A stretch of DNA of 64,000 bases. Source: Collinsella sp. (GTDB lineage Bacteria > Actinomycetota > Coriobacteriia > Coriobacteriales > Coriobacteriaceae). A model generated the notes under the pieces. That model was not told the origin of the DNA and did not search any database. It saw nothing but the letters and a program-made list of their open reading frames with translations. Every line of letters begins with the position of its first letter. Position 1 is the first letter of the stretch. The stretch lies in the NCBI GenBank assembly GCA_019414045.1, contig DXMW01000018.1, positions 4,872-68,871 on the forward strand. The letters are read 5' to 3'. Positions 9,426-19,650 of the stretch are shown here, piece by piece. A program made the translations under genes and the position numbers.

Positions 9426-9830
9426 GAAGGCCTCGATGCCAGCGCTGTGCCGATATGGGGCAGCGGCCCCCCCCGTTGGCCGCCATGGCCCTGACTTCCG
9501 AGCGTATGCTGGCGCCGCTCGTCTTAAGACGTCGACCTCCATCCGGAGCCTGCGGTTCTCGCGCTCGGGCTCCAGGATCCGGTTCTACTCGGGCGTGCGG
9601 TTGTCGGCGGCGCGCGGCGAGCCGGTCTCGTTTATCGACTTGACCCGCCTCTCCACGGTGCTCTTGTCGAGGTCGCACTCGTCCATGGCCTCGCGCCTGG
9701 GCTTTCCGGCGTTGTGGAGATCGACTATCTTCCTCTTGAACTCGTCGGTGAAATGCCTCGGTCTGGGGCCGGTCGAGGCCGAGCCCCCGGTCCGGCTGGG
9801 GTAGCATGTCGCTGCGGACCACTGTCTTTC
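9426..9830 (-). pseudogene. Decayed second IS3-family element (OrfA with internal stop plus start of OrfB)
   Basis: Manual translation: RHFTDEFKRKIVDLHNAGKPR...TPE*NRILEPERENRRLRMEVDVLRRAA; cut off at the end of the intact IS; outer end uncertain. Confidence 0.8.
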
Positions 9831-9914
9831 CTCTCGTTGAATATCTAGGCGCTGACGATTCTAGGCGATGGCCCTCTCTTGCTTCTTACACCTCGATTGT
9901 GCTCGCTACCCCCA

Positions 9915-10278
9915 GCGGGTCCGGATCGAGCGATCCGGACCCGCTTTTGGGGTTTGCCGGAAACCCGGTGGTCAAAAAAGGCCAAATATGAGTACTGTTA
10001 CCAGTTTAGTGGCAGCCAAATGGCCTCCAAAATCGGTGCCAGCGGCCAAAAGTGCATCGATTTTCGTCCTTCAGAGTCGTGATCGGGCTCCAAACAAGGC
10101 GATTTTGCTGCTCTGGACCGGAAAATCGCTGCTACTAATTTGGTGACAGTACTCATATTTGGCCTTTTTTGACCACCGCCCCTTGGCCCAGGACAAAACG
10201 GGCCGCTCGAATCTTGGGGCGGGTCCATTTTCGGCTATCCTCAGCTTGCCAGTTCGAAAATGGATCCGCCCCAAGATT
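9915..10278. repeat. Cluster of intergenic palindromes
   Basis: gcgggtccggatcg/cgatccggacccgc; about 50-bp inverted pair at 9968-10017 and 10128-10177; atcttggggcgggtccattttcg/cgaaaatggatccgccccaagat. Confidence 0.8.
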
Positions 10279-10297
10279 GAATCTTTATTCCAACTTT

Positions 10298-10341
10298 ACA
10301 CCTAGGTTTACAGCTGTCTTGTCAGCTGTAAACCTAGGTGT
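10298..10341. promoter_or_regulatory. NiaR operator upstream of nadA
   Basis: Perfect 19-bp arms acacctaggtttacagctg-tcttgt-cagctgtaaacctaggtgt; core resembles Firmicutes NiaR boxes; niaR is in the same operon. Confidence 0.75.
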
Positions 10342-10382
10342 CATACTAAAGCCCCAAGATTCGCCAAAAGAGAGGGGCCTTG

Positions 10383-11408
10383 ATGGCACAGAGCGCGAAC
10401 ATGGATGCGTCGGAGCTTGCACGCGATATCGCGGCCGGCCTAGCATCGGCAACGACGGCAACGGAGCGCGCGGCACTGGTGCCCGCAGAGCTCGTCGAGG
10501 CCATTCAGCAATTAAAAACCCAGCGTGATGCGGTGATTCTGGCGCACTACTATGTGGCGCCCGAGGTGCAGGCCGTGGCTGATTACGTCGGCGACAGCTT
10601 CTACTTGGCAAAGCTTGCCAAGAGCTTACCGCAGCAGGCTATCGTGCTGTGCGGCGTGGAGTTTATGGGCGAGAGCGCCAAGCTGCTCAACCCCACCAAG
10701 ACCGTGCTGCTGCCCGAGCCGGGCGCGGACTGCCCCATGGCTCACATGGTCAAGCGCGAGACGGTCGACGCGGCGCGCGCCGAGTACGGCGACGACCTTG
10801 CCGTGGTCTGCTACGTCAACTCGACGGTCGAGATCAAGAGCTGGAGCGACGTGTGCGTCACCAGCTCCAACGCCGTCAAGATCGTATCCGAGCTGCCACA
10901 GCAGCACATCCTGTTTATCCCCGATCAAAACCTGGGCCGCTTCGTAGCCGAGCGGGTGCCGCAAAAGCACGTCATCCTCAACAACGGCTATTGCCCGCGC
11001 CACCACATCATCACCGTCGAGCAGATTGTCGACGCGCAGGAGGCGCATCCCGATGCGCTCGTGCTGGCGCACCCCGAGTGCAAGGCCGACGTCCTGGCCG
11101 AGGCCGACTACATCGGCTCCACCGCCGGCATCATCAAGTACGCCGAGGAGTCGGACGCGAGCGAGTTCATCATCGTGACGGTCCGCGGCGTGCTCTACGA
11201 GCTCGAGCGCCGCTGCCAGAGCACCGGCAAGAAGTTCTACTTCCCCGCGGTGCAGCCCACCTGCGTCAACATGGATCTCATCACGCTCGAAAAGCTCGTG
11301 CACTGCCTGGAGACGGGCGAGGGCGAGGTGCAGATTGGCGTGTCGGACGAGGCCGCCGATCAGGCCAAGCTCACGCTCGACCGCATGCTCGAGTACGCGG
11401 CGCGCTAA
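10383..11408 (+). CDS. nadA: Quinolinate synthase
   Basis: ILAHYY, GDS, CGVEFM, CPMA, YVNS, AHPEC, C-x-NM motifs. Confidence 0.97.
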   Translation: MAQSANMDASELARDIAAGLASATTATERAALVPAELVEAIQQLKTQRDAVILAHYYVAPEVQAVADYVGDSFYLAKLAKSLPQQAIVLCGVEFMGESAKLLNPTKTVLLPEPGADCPMAHMVKRETVDAARAEYGDDLAVVCYVNSTVEIKSWSDVCVTSSNAVKIVSELPQQHILFIPDQNLGRFVAERVPQKHVILNNGYCPRHHIITVEQIVDAQEAHPDALVLAHPECKADVLAEADYIGSTAGIIKYAEESDASEFIIVTVRGVLYELERRCQSTGKKFYFPAVQPTCVNMDLITLEKLVHCLETGEGEVQIGVSDEAADQAKLTLDRMLEYAAR

Positions 11409-11464
11409 GCCAATGTGACATGAGGGGCCATCCCTTATGCCACATTACAAGGGAGAGGATTCCT

Positions 11465-12841
11465 GTGGAAACCAAACAATACTCCGACATGGAGTGCGAC
11501 GTCGTCATTGCCGGTTGCGGCGTGGCGGGCCTGTATGCGGCCCTCAACCTGCCGACGAGCACGCGCGTAATCATGCTCTCCAAGGGCGCCGTCGACGAGT
11601 GCGATTCGATGCTCGCGCAGGGCGGTATCTGCGTGCTGCCCGAAGGCTCTGACTACGATGCCTTCTTTGAGGACACCATGCACGCCGGCCATTACGAGAA
11701 CCGCCGCGAGAGTGTTGACATCATGATTCGCTCGAGCCGTTCGGTCATCAACGACCTGCTAGCGATGGGCGTGGATTTTGAGCGCAAGGCCGACGGCAGC
11801 CTCAACTTTACCCGCGAGGGCGCGCACAGCCGTCCGCGTATTGCCTTCCATGCCGACATTACGGGCAAGGAGATCACGACCAAGCTGCTCCAGGCCGTTC
11901 GCAAGCTGGATAACGTGCAGATTTTGGAGTACGTGGCCATGACCGACATCCTGACGGGCGAGCGTGATGGCGCCACGGTGTGCACCGGTGTCGTCGCCGT
12001 TTCCGTGGACGAGGACAACTCGGTTCGTCCCGCCGACGAGCTGGCAAATGCCGCCGAGGGCGTGCATGCCGGCGAGCCGTTTAAGATCCATGCCCACCAT
12101 ACGCTGTGGGCGACGGGCGGTATCGGCGGCGTGTACGACCATTCGACCAACTACCCGCAGCTCACCGGTGACGCCTGCTACATCGCGCAGGAGCACGGCA
12201 TCACGATGGAGCACCTGGACTACGTGCAGATCCACCCCACGGGACTGTTCTCGCCGCAGCCGGGCCGCACCTTCCTGATCAGCGAGAGCTGCCGCGGCGA
12301 AGGCGCGATTCTGCTCAATGCCGCCGGCGAGCGCTTTACCGACGAGCTGCAGCCGCGCGATGTTGTCGCCGCCGCTATTCGCGAGCAGATGAAGCAGGAC
12401 GGCACCGAGCACGAGTGGCTGAGCTTTGCCCCCGTCGAGCGCGACGTGGTGACCGGGCACTTTGCCAACATCCGCGCGCGCTGTCTGGAGGACGGTCGCG
12501 ACATCTTGGACGAGCTCATTCCCGTTACGCCCACGCAGCACTACTTTATGGGCGGCGTGTGGGTCGACAAGGACGGCCGCACCTCGATGCCCGAGCTCTA
12601 CGCCGCTGGCGAGACGGCCTGCAACGGTGTTCACGGCAAGAATCGTCTAGCTTCCAACAGCCTGCTCGAGTCCCTAGTTTGGGGCCGCCGCGCTGCTTGG
12701 CGTATGCGCACCGGCGAGTCGCTGACCGTGGAGCAGGCCGGTGAGCCCGCGCTTGACGGACGTCACCGCGCCCTGAGCGCCGAGACCCTTGCAATCGATG
12801 ATTTGGCCCGTGCTGCCGGCACACAGGCCGTGGAGGAGTAG
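11465..12841 (+). CDS. nadB: L-aspartate oxidase (short form)
   Basis: GCGVAG FAD motif, AQGG, EGAHS, QIHPT, ESCRGEG, HYFMGG, HGKNRLASNSLLE; GTG start at 11465 behind GGAGAGG. Confidence 0.95.
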   Translation: METKQYSDMECDVVIAGCGVAGLYAALNLPTSTRVIMLSKGAVDECDSMLAQGGICVLPEGSDYDAFFEDTMHAGHYENRRESVDIMIRSSRSVINDLLAMGVDFERKADGSLNFTREGAHSRPRIAFHADITGKEITTKLLQAVRKLDNVQILEYVAMTDILTGERDGATVCTGVVAVSVDEDNSVRPADELANAAEGVHAGEPFKIHAHHTLWATGGIGGVYDHSTNYPQLTGDACYIAQEHGITMEHLDYVQIHPTGLFSPQPGRTFLISESCRGEGAILLNAAGERFTDELQPRDVVAAAIREQMKQDGTEHEWLSFAPVERDVVTGHFANIRARCLEDGRDILDELIPVTPTQHYFMGGVWVDKDGRTSMPELYAAGETACNGVHGKNRLASNSLLESLVWGRRAAWRMRTGESLTVEQAGEPALDGRHRALSAETLAIDDLARAAGTQAVEE

Positions 12842-12844
12842 ACC

Positions 12845-13705
12845 ATGAATCCCATTACCATGAAGCTCGTCGTCGATGATCTGATTTTGCAGGCTCTGCG
12901 CGAGGACATCACGTTTGAGGACGTGAGTACGGCGAGCGTGTGCCCCACGGCGCGCCCCGCTACCGTTGAGCTCATCGCCAAGGCCGATGGCATTATCGCC
13001 GGCCTGGACGTATTCGCTCGCACCTTTGAGCTGCTGGATCCGCAGAGCTCCGTGTTGTTCGATGTTTCGGATGGCGACGAGGTGCATGCCGGCGACCACG
13101 TGGGCCAGGTGCGCGGCGACGCGCGCGTGCTGCTTTCGGGCGAGCGCGTGGCGCTCAACTACCTGCAGCGCATGAGCGGCATCGCTACCTACACGCACAG
13201 CATGGCCGCGGCGCTCGAGGGAACCAAGACCGTGCTCGTCGACACGCGCAAGACCACGCCGGGTATGCGCGTGTTTGAGAAGGCGGCGGTTGAGATTGGC
13301 GGCGGCAGCAACCACCGCTACAACCTGTCGACGGCCGTCATGCTCAAGGACAACCACATCGATGCCGCCGGCGGCGTGATGCGTGCGATCGAGATGGCGC
13401 GCGCCCATGCATCGTTTACCACGACGGTCGAGATCGAGTGCGAGAACCTGGACATGGTGCGCGAGGCCGTGGAAGCCGGCGCCGACATCATCATGTTCGA
13501 CAACATGACCCACGACGACATGGCTGCCGCGATTGAGCTTATCGATGGCCGCGCCAAGACCGAGTGCTCGGGCAACGTGGACGCCAGCAACATTCGCGCC
13601 CTGGCCGATCTGGGTGTCGACTATATTAGCTCGGGCGCCCTGACGCACTCTGCGCCGATCCTCGACCTCTCGCTTAAGCACCTGCGTCTGCTGGACGGTA
13701 AATAA
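12845..13705 (+). CDS. nadC: Nicotinate-nucleotide pyrophosphorylase (carboxylating)
   Basis: ERVALN, DTRKTTPG, HR, LKDNH, GALTHSA motifs. Confidence 0.97.
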   Translation: MNPITMKLVVDDLILQALREDITFEDVSTASVCPTARPATVELIAKADGIIAGLDVFARTFELLDPQSSVLFDVSDGDEVHAGDHVGQVRGDARVLLSGERVALNYLQRMSGIATYTHSMAAALEGTKTVLVDTRKTTPGMRVFEKAAVEIGGGSNHRYNLSTAVMLKDNHIDAAGGVMRAIEMARAHASFTTTVEIECENLDMVREAVEAGADIIMFDNMTHDDMAAAIELIDGRAKTECSGNVDASNIRALADLGVDYISSGALTHSAPILDLSLKHLRLLDGK

Positions 13706-14250
13706 TGAACGCCCGCGAGCGTCGCCGTGCCATCATGGGCGTGCTCGAAGGAGCCAAGGAGCCCGTTTCGGGCAGCGCACTTGCCCGCGAGGTTGGCGTG
13801 AGCCGTCAGGTCGTGGTTCAGGATATTGCCCTGTTGCGTGCCGATGGGCACGATATCGTGGCGACCAACCGCGGCTACGTGCTGCAGGAAGCCGCGAGTA
13901 GCCCCGCCGTGCCCACGCGTCTTGTTAAGGTTCGCCACAGCGTTGAGCAGGCAGGCGATGAGCTCACGAGTATCGTCGACGCCGGCGGCGCCGTGCTCAA
14001 CGTGATCGTCAATCACCGCGTGTACGGTAAGATCACGGCCGACCTGGACATTCGCAATCGTCGCGATGTTGAGCGCTACCTGCACGATATCGAGAGCGGC
14101 AAGAGCTTTCCACTATTAACGGTGACGAGCGGCTATCACTTCCATCGCATTGCGGCAGAGGATGAGCAAACCCTCGACGAGATCGAGGCCATGCTCAAGG
14201 AGAAGGGCTACCTTGCCGATTTAATGCCCTACGAGGATGATTTGTCCTAG
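13705..14250 (+). CDS. niaR: Niacin-responsive repressor NiaR (HTH_11 + 3H domain)
   Basis: VSRQVVVQDIALLRA HTH; HRVYG and GYHFH 3H motifs. Confidence 0.93.
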   Translation: MNARERRRAIMGVLEGAKEPVSGSALAREVGVSRQVVVQDIALLRADGHDIVATNRGYVLQEAASSPAVPTRLVKVRHSVEQAGDELTSIVDAGGAVLNVIVNHRVYGKITADLDIRNRRDVERYLHDIESGKSFPLLTVTSGYHFHRIAAEDEQTLDEIEAMLKEKGYLADLMPYEDDLS

Positions 14251-14259
14251 AACACATGC

Positions 14260-14298
14260 AAAAGGAGGCCTCCGCGGCGATGCGGAGGCCTCCTTTTT
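14260..14298. terminator. Bidirectional intrinsic terminator between niaR and the ferredoxin gene
   Basis: aaaaggaggcctccgc-ggcgat-gcggaggcctccttttt. Confidence 0.85.
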
Positions 14299-14341
14299 GT
14301 TTGTGCACGGTGTACTTTTGAGTGTGCAGGTGGGGGAGTTG

Positions 14342-14527
14342 TTACTCCTCGACGATCTCGGTGATCGCGCCAGCGGGGCAAGCGTCCTGGCAAGCGCCAC
14401 AGGCGACGCAGGAGTCCTCGTCGGCGACGGTAGCGACGTCCTGGAGCTCCAGAACGCCAGCGGGGCAGGAGTCGACGCAAACGCCACAAGCGATGCACTC
14501 GTCGGCATCAATTACGGGATGAGCCAT
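14342..14527 (-). CDS. 2[4Fe-4S] ferredoxin
   Basis: CIACGVCVDSCP and CVACGACQDACP; 61 aa; GAGGAA RBS. Confidence 0.95.
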   Translation of the reverse strand: MAHPVIDADECIACGVCVDSCPAGVLELQDVATVADEDSCVACGACQDACPAGAITEIVEE

Positions 14528-14750
14528 GGTAGTTTCCTCTCTGTTGACCGACGCTACAGGCGATGCGCGCCGGTTTGATTCGGGCAAAAACATACCACGG
14601 GAGCGACCGTTTGCAATACCCTCTGGCCGGCATCTTCATACCGTTCGCCGAGTATGCCAAGGTTTACTAAAAAACGCGCAGGTGGGGCCGCTGAGCTGCG
14701 CAAATGTTAGCTAAAGGTGACTTGAAATATTGAGCTATTGAGCGCGCTTT

Positions 14751-14796
14751 GGAAAGCGCATCCCGGAACCGACGCTCAAAACGGGTCGCGCTTTCC
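14751..14796. repeat. Two-copy GGAAAGCGCATCCC inverted repeat
   Basis: Same motif and spacing as the arrays at 39519 and 50508. Confidence 0.65.
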
Positions 14797-14933
14797 TCGG
14801 GGGTGCCCCAAGATCGTTCCGTGTGGCTCCGGTCCAAACCTCAGCCATCTCTACATAGATCTCAATAGATCTGTCGAGAACTCAAACAGCGCATCTACCT
14901 GCGCATTTGAGAACCTAAACTCTCGGCAATAAG

Positions 14934-14960
14934 AAATCTTATATGAATTGACTTAGATTT
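14934..14960. promoter_or_regulatory. HAIR-like HspR operator upstream of dnaK
   Basis: aaatcttatat-gaatt-gacttagattt; identical arms occur upstream of clpB. Confidence 0.75.
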
Positions 14961-15069
14961 TGTATATTCCGGCCCATAAGGGGATACACTACATCCTGAA
15001 AGACAAGCCGAAGCGCCGCGTGACAGACCGTCGAGGCGGCGCGAACGCAAAAGAGAGAGGGAATTTCTA

Positions 15070-16962
<1,893 letters not shown>

Positions 16963-16964
16963 TC

Positions 16965-17807
16965 ATGTCCGCCCGTAAAGCTCGCACGGAGGCGGCTGCC
17001 GCTGGCGCCGCCCCCGTTGACTCTGAGGAGAAGGACGTGAAGATTCCCGTAGAGGCCGTCGACGATACTGAGGTCAACGAGGCCCCGGCCGCCGAGGCTG
17101 CCGAGAACCAGGTAGAGGATTCCAACAAGGAGGCGACGATGACCGAGGACGAGATGGTGGAAGCCGCTATCCGCGCCGGTGAGGAAGCCGCCGACAACGA
17201 CTTTAAGCTCAAGTTCGAGCAGGCCCAAAAGGAGCTTGCCGACGTGCGCAATGAGCTTGATGCTGCGGCAGAGGCTCAGAAGGCCGCCGAGGACAAGGCG
17301 AAGGACGCCACTGAGCGCACCGCTCGTCTGCAGGCCGACTGGGAGAACTTCCGTCGCCGCACCGCCAACGAGCGCATCGCCGAGCGCGAGCGCGCGACCG
17401 AGAAGCTTGTCACCGCGCTGTTGCCGGTGATCGACGATATCGAGCGCGCGATCGACCATGCCCGCAGCCAAGAGCTTTCCGACGACTTTAAGCAGTTCGT
17501 CGATGGCGTTGACGCGGTACATGCCAAGCTGCTCGATGTGTTTGCGCACGAGGGCGTTGAGCCCATCGACCCCAAGGGCGAGGCGTTCGATCCGCTCGAG
17601 CACCAGGCTGTGGGCCGCGTCGAGGACGCATCGCAGTACGACGAGACCGTCAACGATGTGTACCAGAAGGGCTACCGCATGGCAGATCGCATCCTGCGTT
17701 CCGCGATGGTGACGGTGACCTACGGTGGCGAGAAGCGCCCCGCACCGGAGCCCGAAGCGGCGCCCGAGGATGCTACGGCCGATACGGCCGAGAGCACCGA
17801 GGAGTAA
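16965..17807 (+). CDS. grpE: Nucleotide exchange factor GrpE
   Basis: ADWENFRRR, FDPLEHQAV, QKGY, LRSAMVTV motifs. Confidence 0.97.
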   Translation: MSARKARTEAAAAGAAPVDSEEKDVKIPVEAVDDTEVNEAPAAEAAENQVEDSNKEATMTEDEMVEAAIRAGEEAADNDFKLKFEQAQKELADVRNELDAAAEAQKAAEDKAKDATERTARLQADWENFRRRTANERIAERERATEKLVTALLPVIDDIERAIDHARSQELSDDFKQFVDGVDAVHAKLLDVFAHEGVEPIDPKGEAFDPLEHQAVGRVEDASQYDETVNDVYQKGYRMADRILRSAMVTVTYGGEKRPAPEPEAAPEDATADTAESTEE

Positions 17808-17810
17808 TTG

Positions 17811-17845
17811 AGAAGGGCCCCGGGGCAACACCCGGGGCCCTTTCT
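17811..17845 (+). terminator. Intra-operon hairpin between grpE and dnaJ (partial terminator or mRNA stabiliser)
   Basis: agaagggccccgggg-caaca-cccggggccctttct. Confidence 0.6.
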
Positions 17846-17915
17846 GGCCAAGTGCCATATGACAGCATGAGCCGCCGTCCGCAGGGGCGGCGGATGTAAC
17901 AGGAGAGGAGCTACG

Positions 17916-18875
17916 ATGGCTGCAGGCAAAACCTTCTATGACATCCTGGGCGTATCCAAGAGCGCCTCCGACAAAGAGATTAAGAGCGCGTTTCGCAAGC
18001 TCGCGCAAAAATATCACCCCGACGCCGGCGGCGACGAGGCCAAGTTTAAGGAGATCAGCGAGGCCTACGAGACGCTTTCGGACGAGAAGAAGCGCAAAGA
18101 GTACGACCAGATGCTCATGTTTGGCGGCATGCCGGGCGCGGGCGGCGCGTATGGCGGCGGCTACGGTGCCGGCGCGGGCGCCAGCGGCTGGGGCGATATC
18201 TTCGACAGCATCTTTAGCGGTAACGGCGCCTGGGGCAGCGATTGGGGCTCGGGCTTTGCCGGGGCTGCAGGCAATGCCGGCGCGGGTCGCAGTCGCGCTC
18301 GCAAGGGCGGCGACCTGTCGCTGACCGTCGATGTGACGGCCGAGGACGCGTTTCGCGGCGTGACGCACAAGGTCACCTACCGCATTCCCTCGACGGGCGA
18401 ACAGCAAACCATTACGGTCTCGGTGCCCGCGGGCGCGGTCGACGGCGGCAAGCTGCGCTACAAACGTCGCGGCGAGTATGGCGTTGCCGGTGGCGAGCGC
18501 GGCGACCTGGTCGTGACCACACATGTGGAGGAGCACCCGCTGTTTAAGCGCAAAGGCGCCGACGTGACCATGGAGGTACCGGTCTCGGTCTACGAGGCGG
18601 CGCTCGGCTGCACGGTGGACGTGCCCACGCCCGGCGGTGCGACGGTTCGTCTGAAAGTGCCTGCGGGCACCCAGACGGGCAAGAAGTTCCGCTTTAAGGA
18701 GATGGGTGCGCCCGACGTCAAGCACCGTGGCCGCACAGGCGCGCTGCTCGTCGAGATTAAGGTGCAGGTTCCCACGAACCTGTCCGATGACGAGCGCGAT
18801 GCCATGACCAAGCTGCGTGAGGCCGACACGCGCGACTATCGCGAGAAGGTCAATCGTTACAAGGCGACGTACTAG
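17916..18875 (+). CDS. dnaJ: DnaJ-family co-chaperone lacking the zinc finger (class B)
   Basis: J domain with HPD, G/F-rich linker, C-terminal domain; no CxxCxGxG repeats. Confidence 0.93.
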   Translation: MAAGKTFYDILGVSKSASDKEIKSAFRKLAQKYHPDAGGDEAKFKEISEAYETLSDEKKRKEYDQMLMFGGMPGAGGAYGGGYGAGAGASGWGDIFDSIFSGNGAWGSDWGSGFAGAAGNAGAGRSRARKGGDLSLTVDVTAEDAFRGVTHKVTYRIPSTGEQQTITVSVPAGAVDGGKLRYKRRGEYGVAGGERGDLVVTTHVEEHPLFKRKGADVTMEVPVSVYEAALGCTVDVPTPGGATVRLKVPAGTQTGKKFRFKEMGAPDVKHRGRTGALLVEIKVQVPTNLSDDERDAMTKLREADTRDYREKVNRYKATY

Positions 18876-18947
18876 GGCGGTCGCGGCGCACGCCCACGCC
18901 CGCGGGCTTATGATGGACGATAACGAGACGGAAAGGGGTCAGGTGGC

Positions 18948-19364
18948 ATGGCCGAGGACAATAGGAACAAACCGCTGTACATGATCAGCGTGGCGGCCGA
19001 GCTGACCGGCATGCATCCGCAGACTCTGCGCGTCTACGAGTCCAAGGGCCTGGTGAACCCCCAGCGCTCGGGCGGCAACACGCGTCTGTATTCGCGTGCC
19101 GATATCGAGCGCCTGGAGCTCATCAACCAGCTGACCGATGAGGGCATCAACCTTGCCGGCGTGGTGCGCATTCTCGATATGAAGGAGCGTGCCGAGGAGC
19201 GCGATCGCGAAAACGAGAAGCTTCGCGCCCGCGTTCGCCAGCTCGAGGACGAGCTACACGAGTACAAGATGCAGAAGAAGATCACCGCCCTGGCCCCGCG
19301 CGACGGCTCGGTCAACCCCGAGCAAGTCATGCGCAAGCTGCTAGGTACGGGTAGCGACCTATAG
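18948..19364 (+). CDS. hspR: Heat-shock repressor HspR (MerR family)
   Basis: YMISVAAELTGMHPQTLRVYE...GINLAGV; last gene of the dnaK operon. Confidence 0.95.
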   Translation: MAEDNRNKPLYMISVAAELTGMHPQTLRVYESKGLVNPQRSGGNTRLYSRADIERLELINQLTDEGINLAGVVRILDMKERAEERDRENEKLRARVRQLEDELHEYKMQKKITALAPRDGSVNPEQVMRKLLGTGSDL

Positions 19365-19380
19365 CTCCGCCGACGCTGCC

Positions 19381-19512
19381 GGGCACTCATTGGGGACAGA
19401 CTTAAATGAGTGCCCGCAGAATGAGAGTGGATAATCTCCCGTTTTTGGCCTGTTTGCAGGCTCAAAGTGGGAGATTATCCACTCTCGTCATTTCGGCGTC
19501 TAAGTCTGCCCC
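19381..19512. repeat. GGGACAG-loop hairpin, internal palindrome and inverted partner motif
   Basis: gggcactcatt-ggggacagactta-aatgagtgccc; gagagtggataatctccc/gggagattatccactctc; taagtctgcccc. Confidence 0.7.
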
Positions 19513-19650
19513 CGGCACCCAACTCGTTCTTTGCTTTACTGAGATAAAGTGAACGTACAGATTCGTAACCCGCTGGCAACCGTTCTATGGCACGATATTG
19601 AACGAATGTATGCTATGCGCCCAAATCTTTTGGGCAGAGTGGGAGACAGT

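Noticed and set aside
10649..11464. N-terminal extension of the 730-aa nadB ORF
   Set aside because: Overlaps nadA in another frame; the real start is GTG 11465 with an RBS
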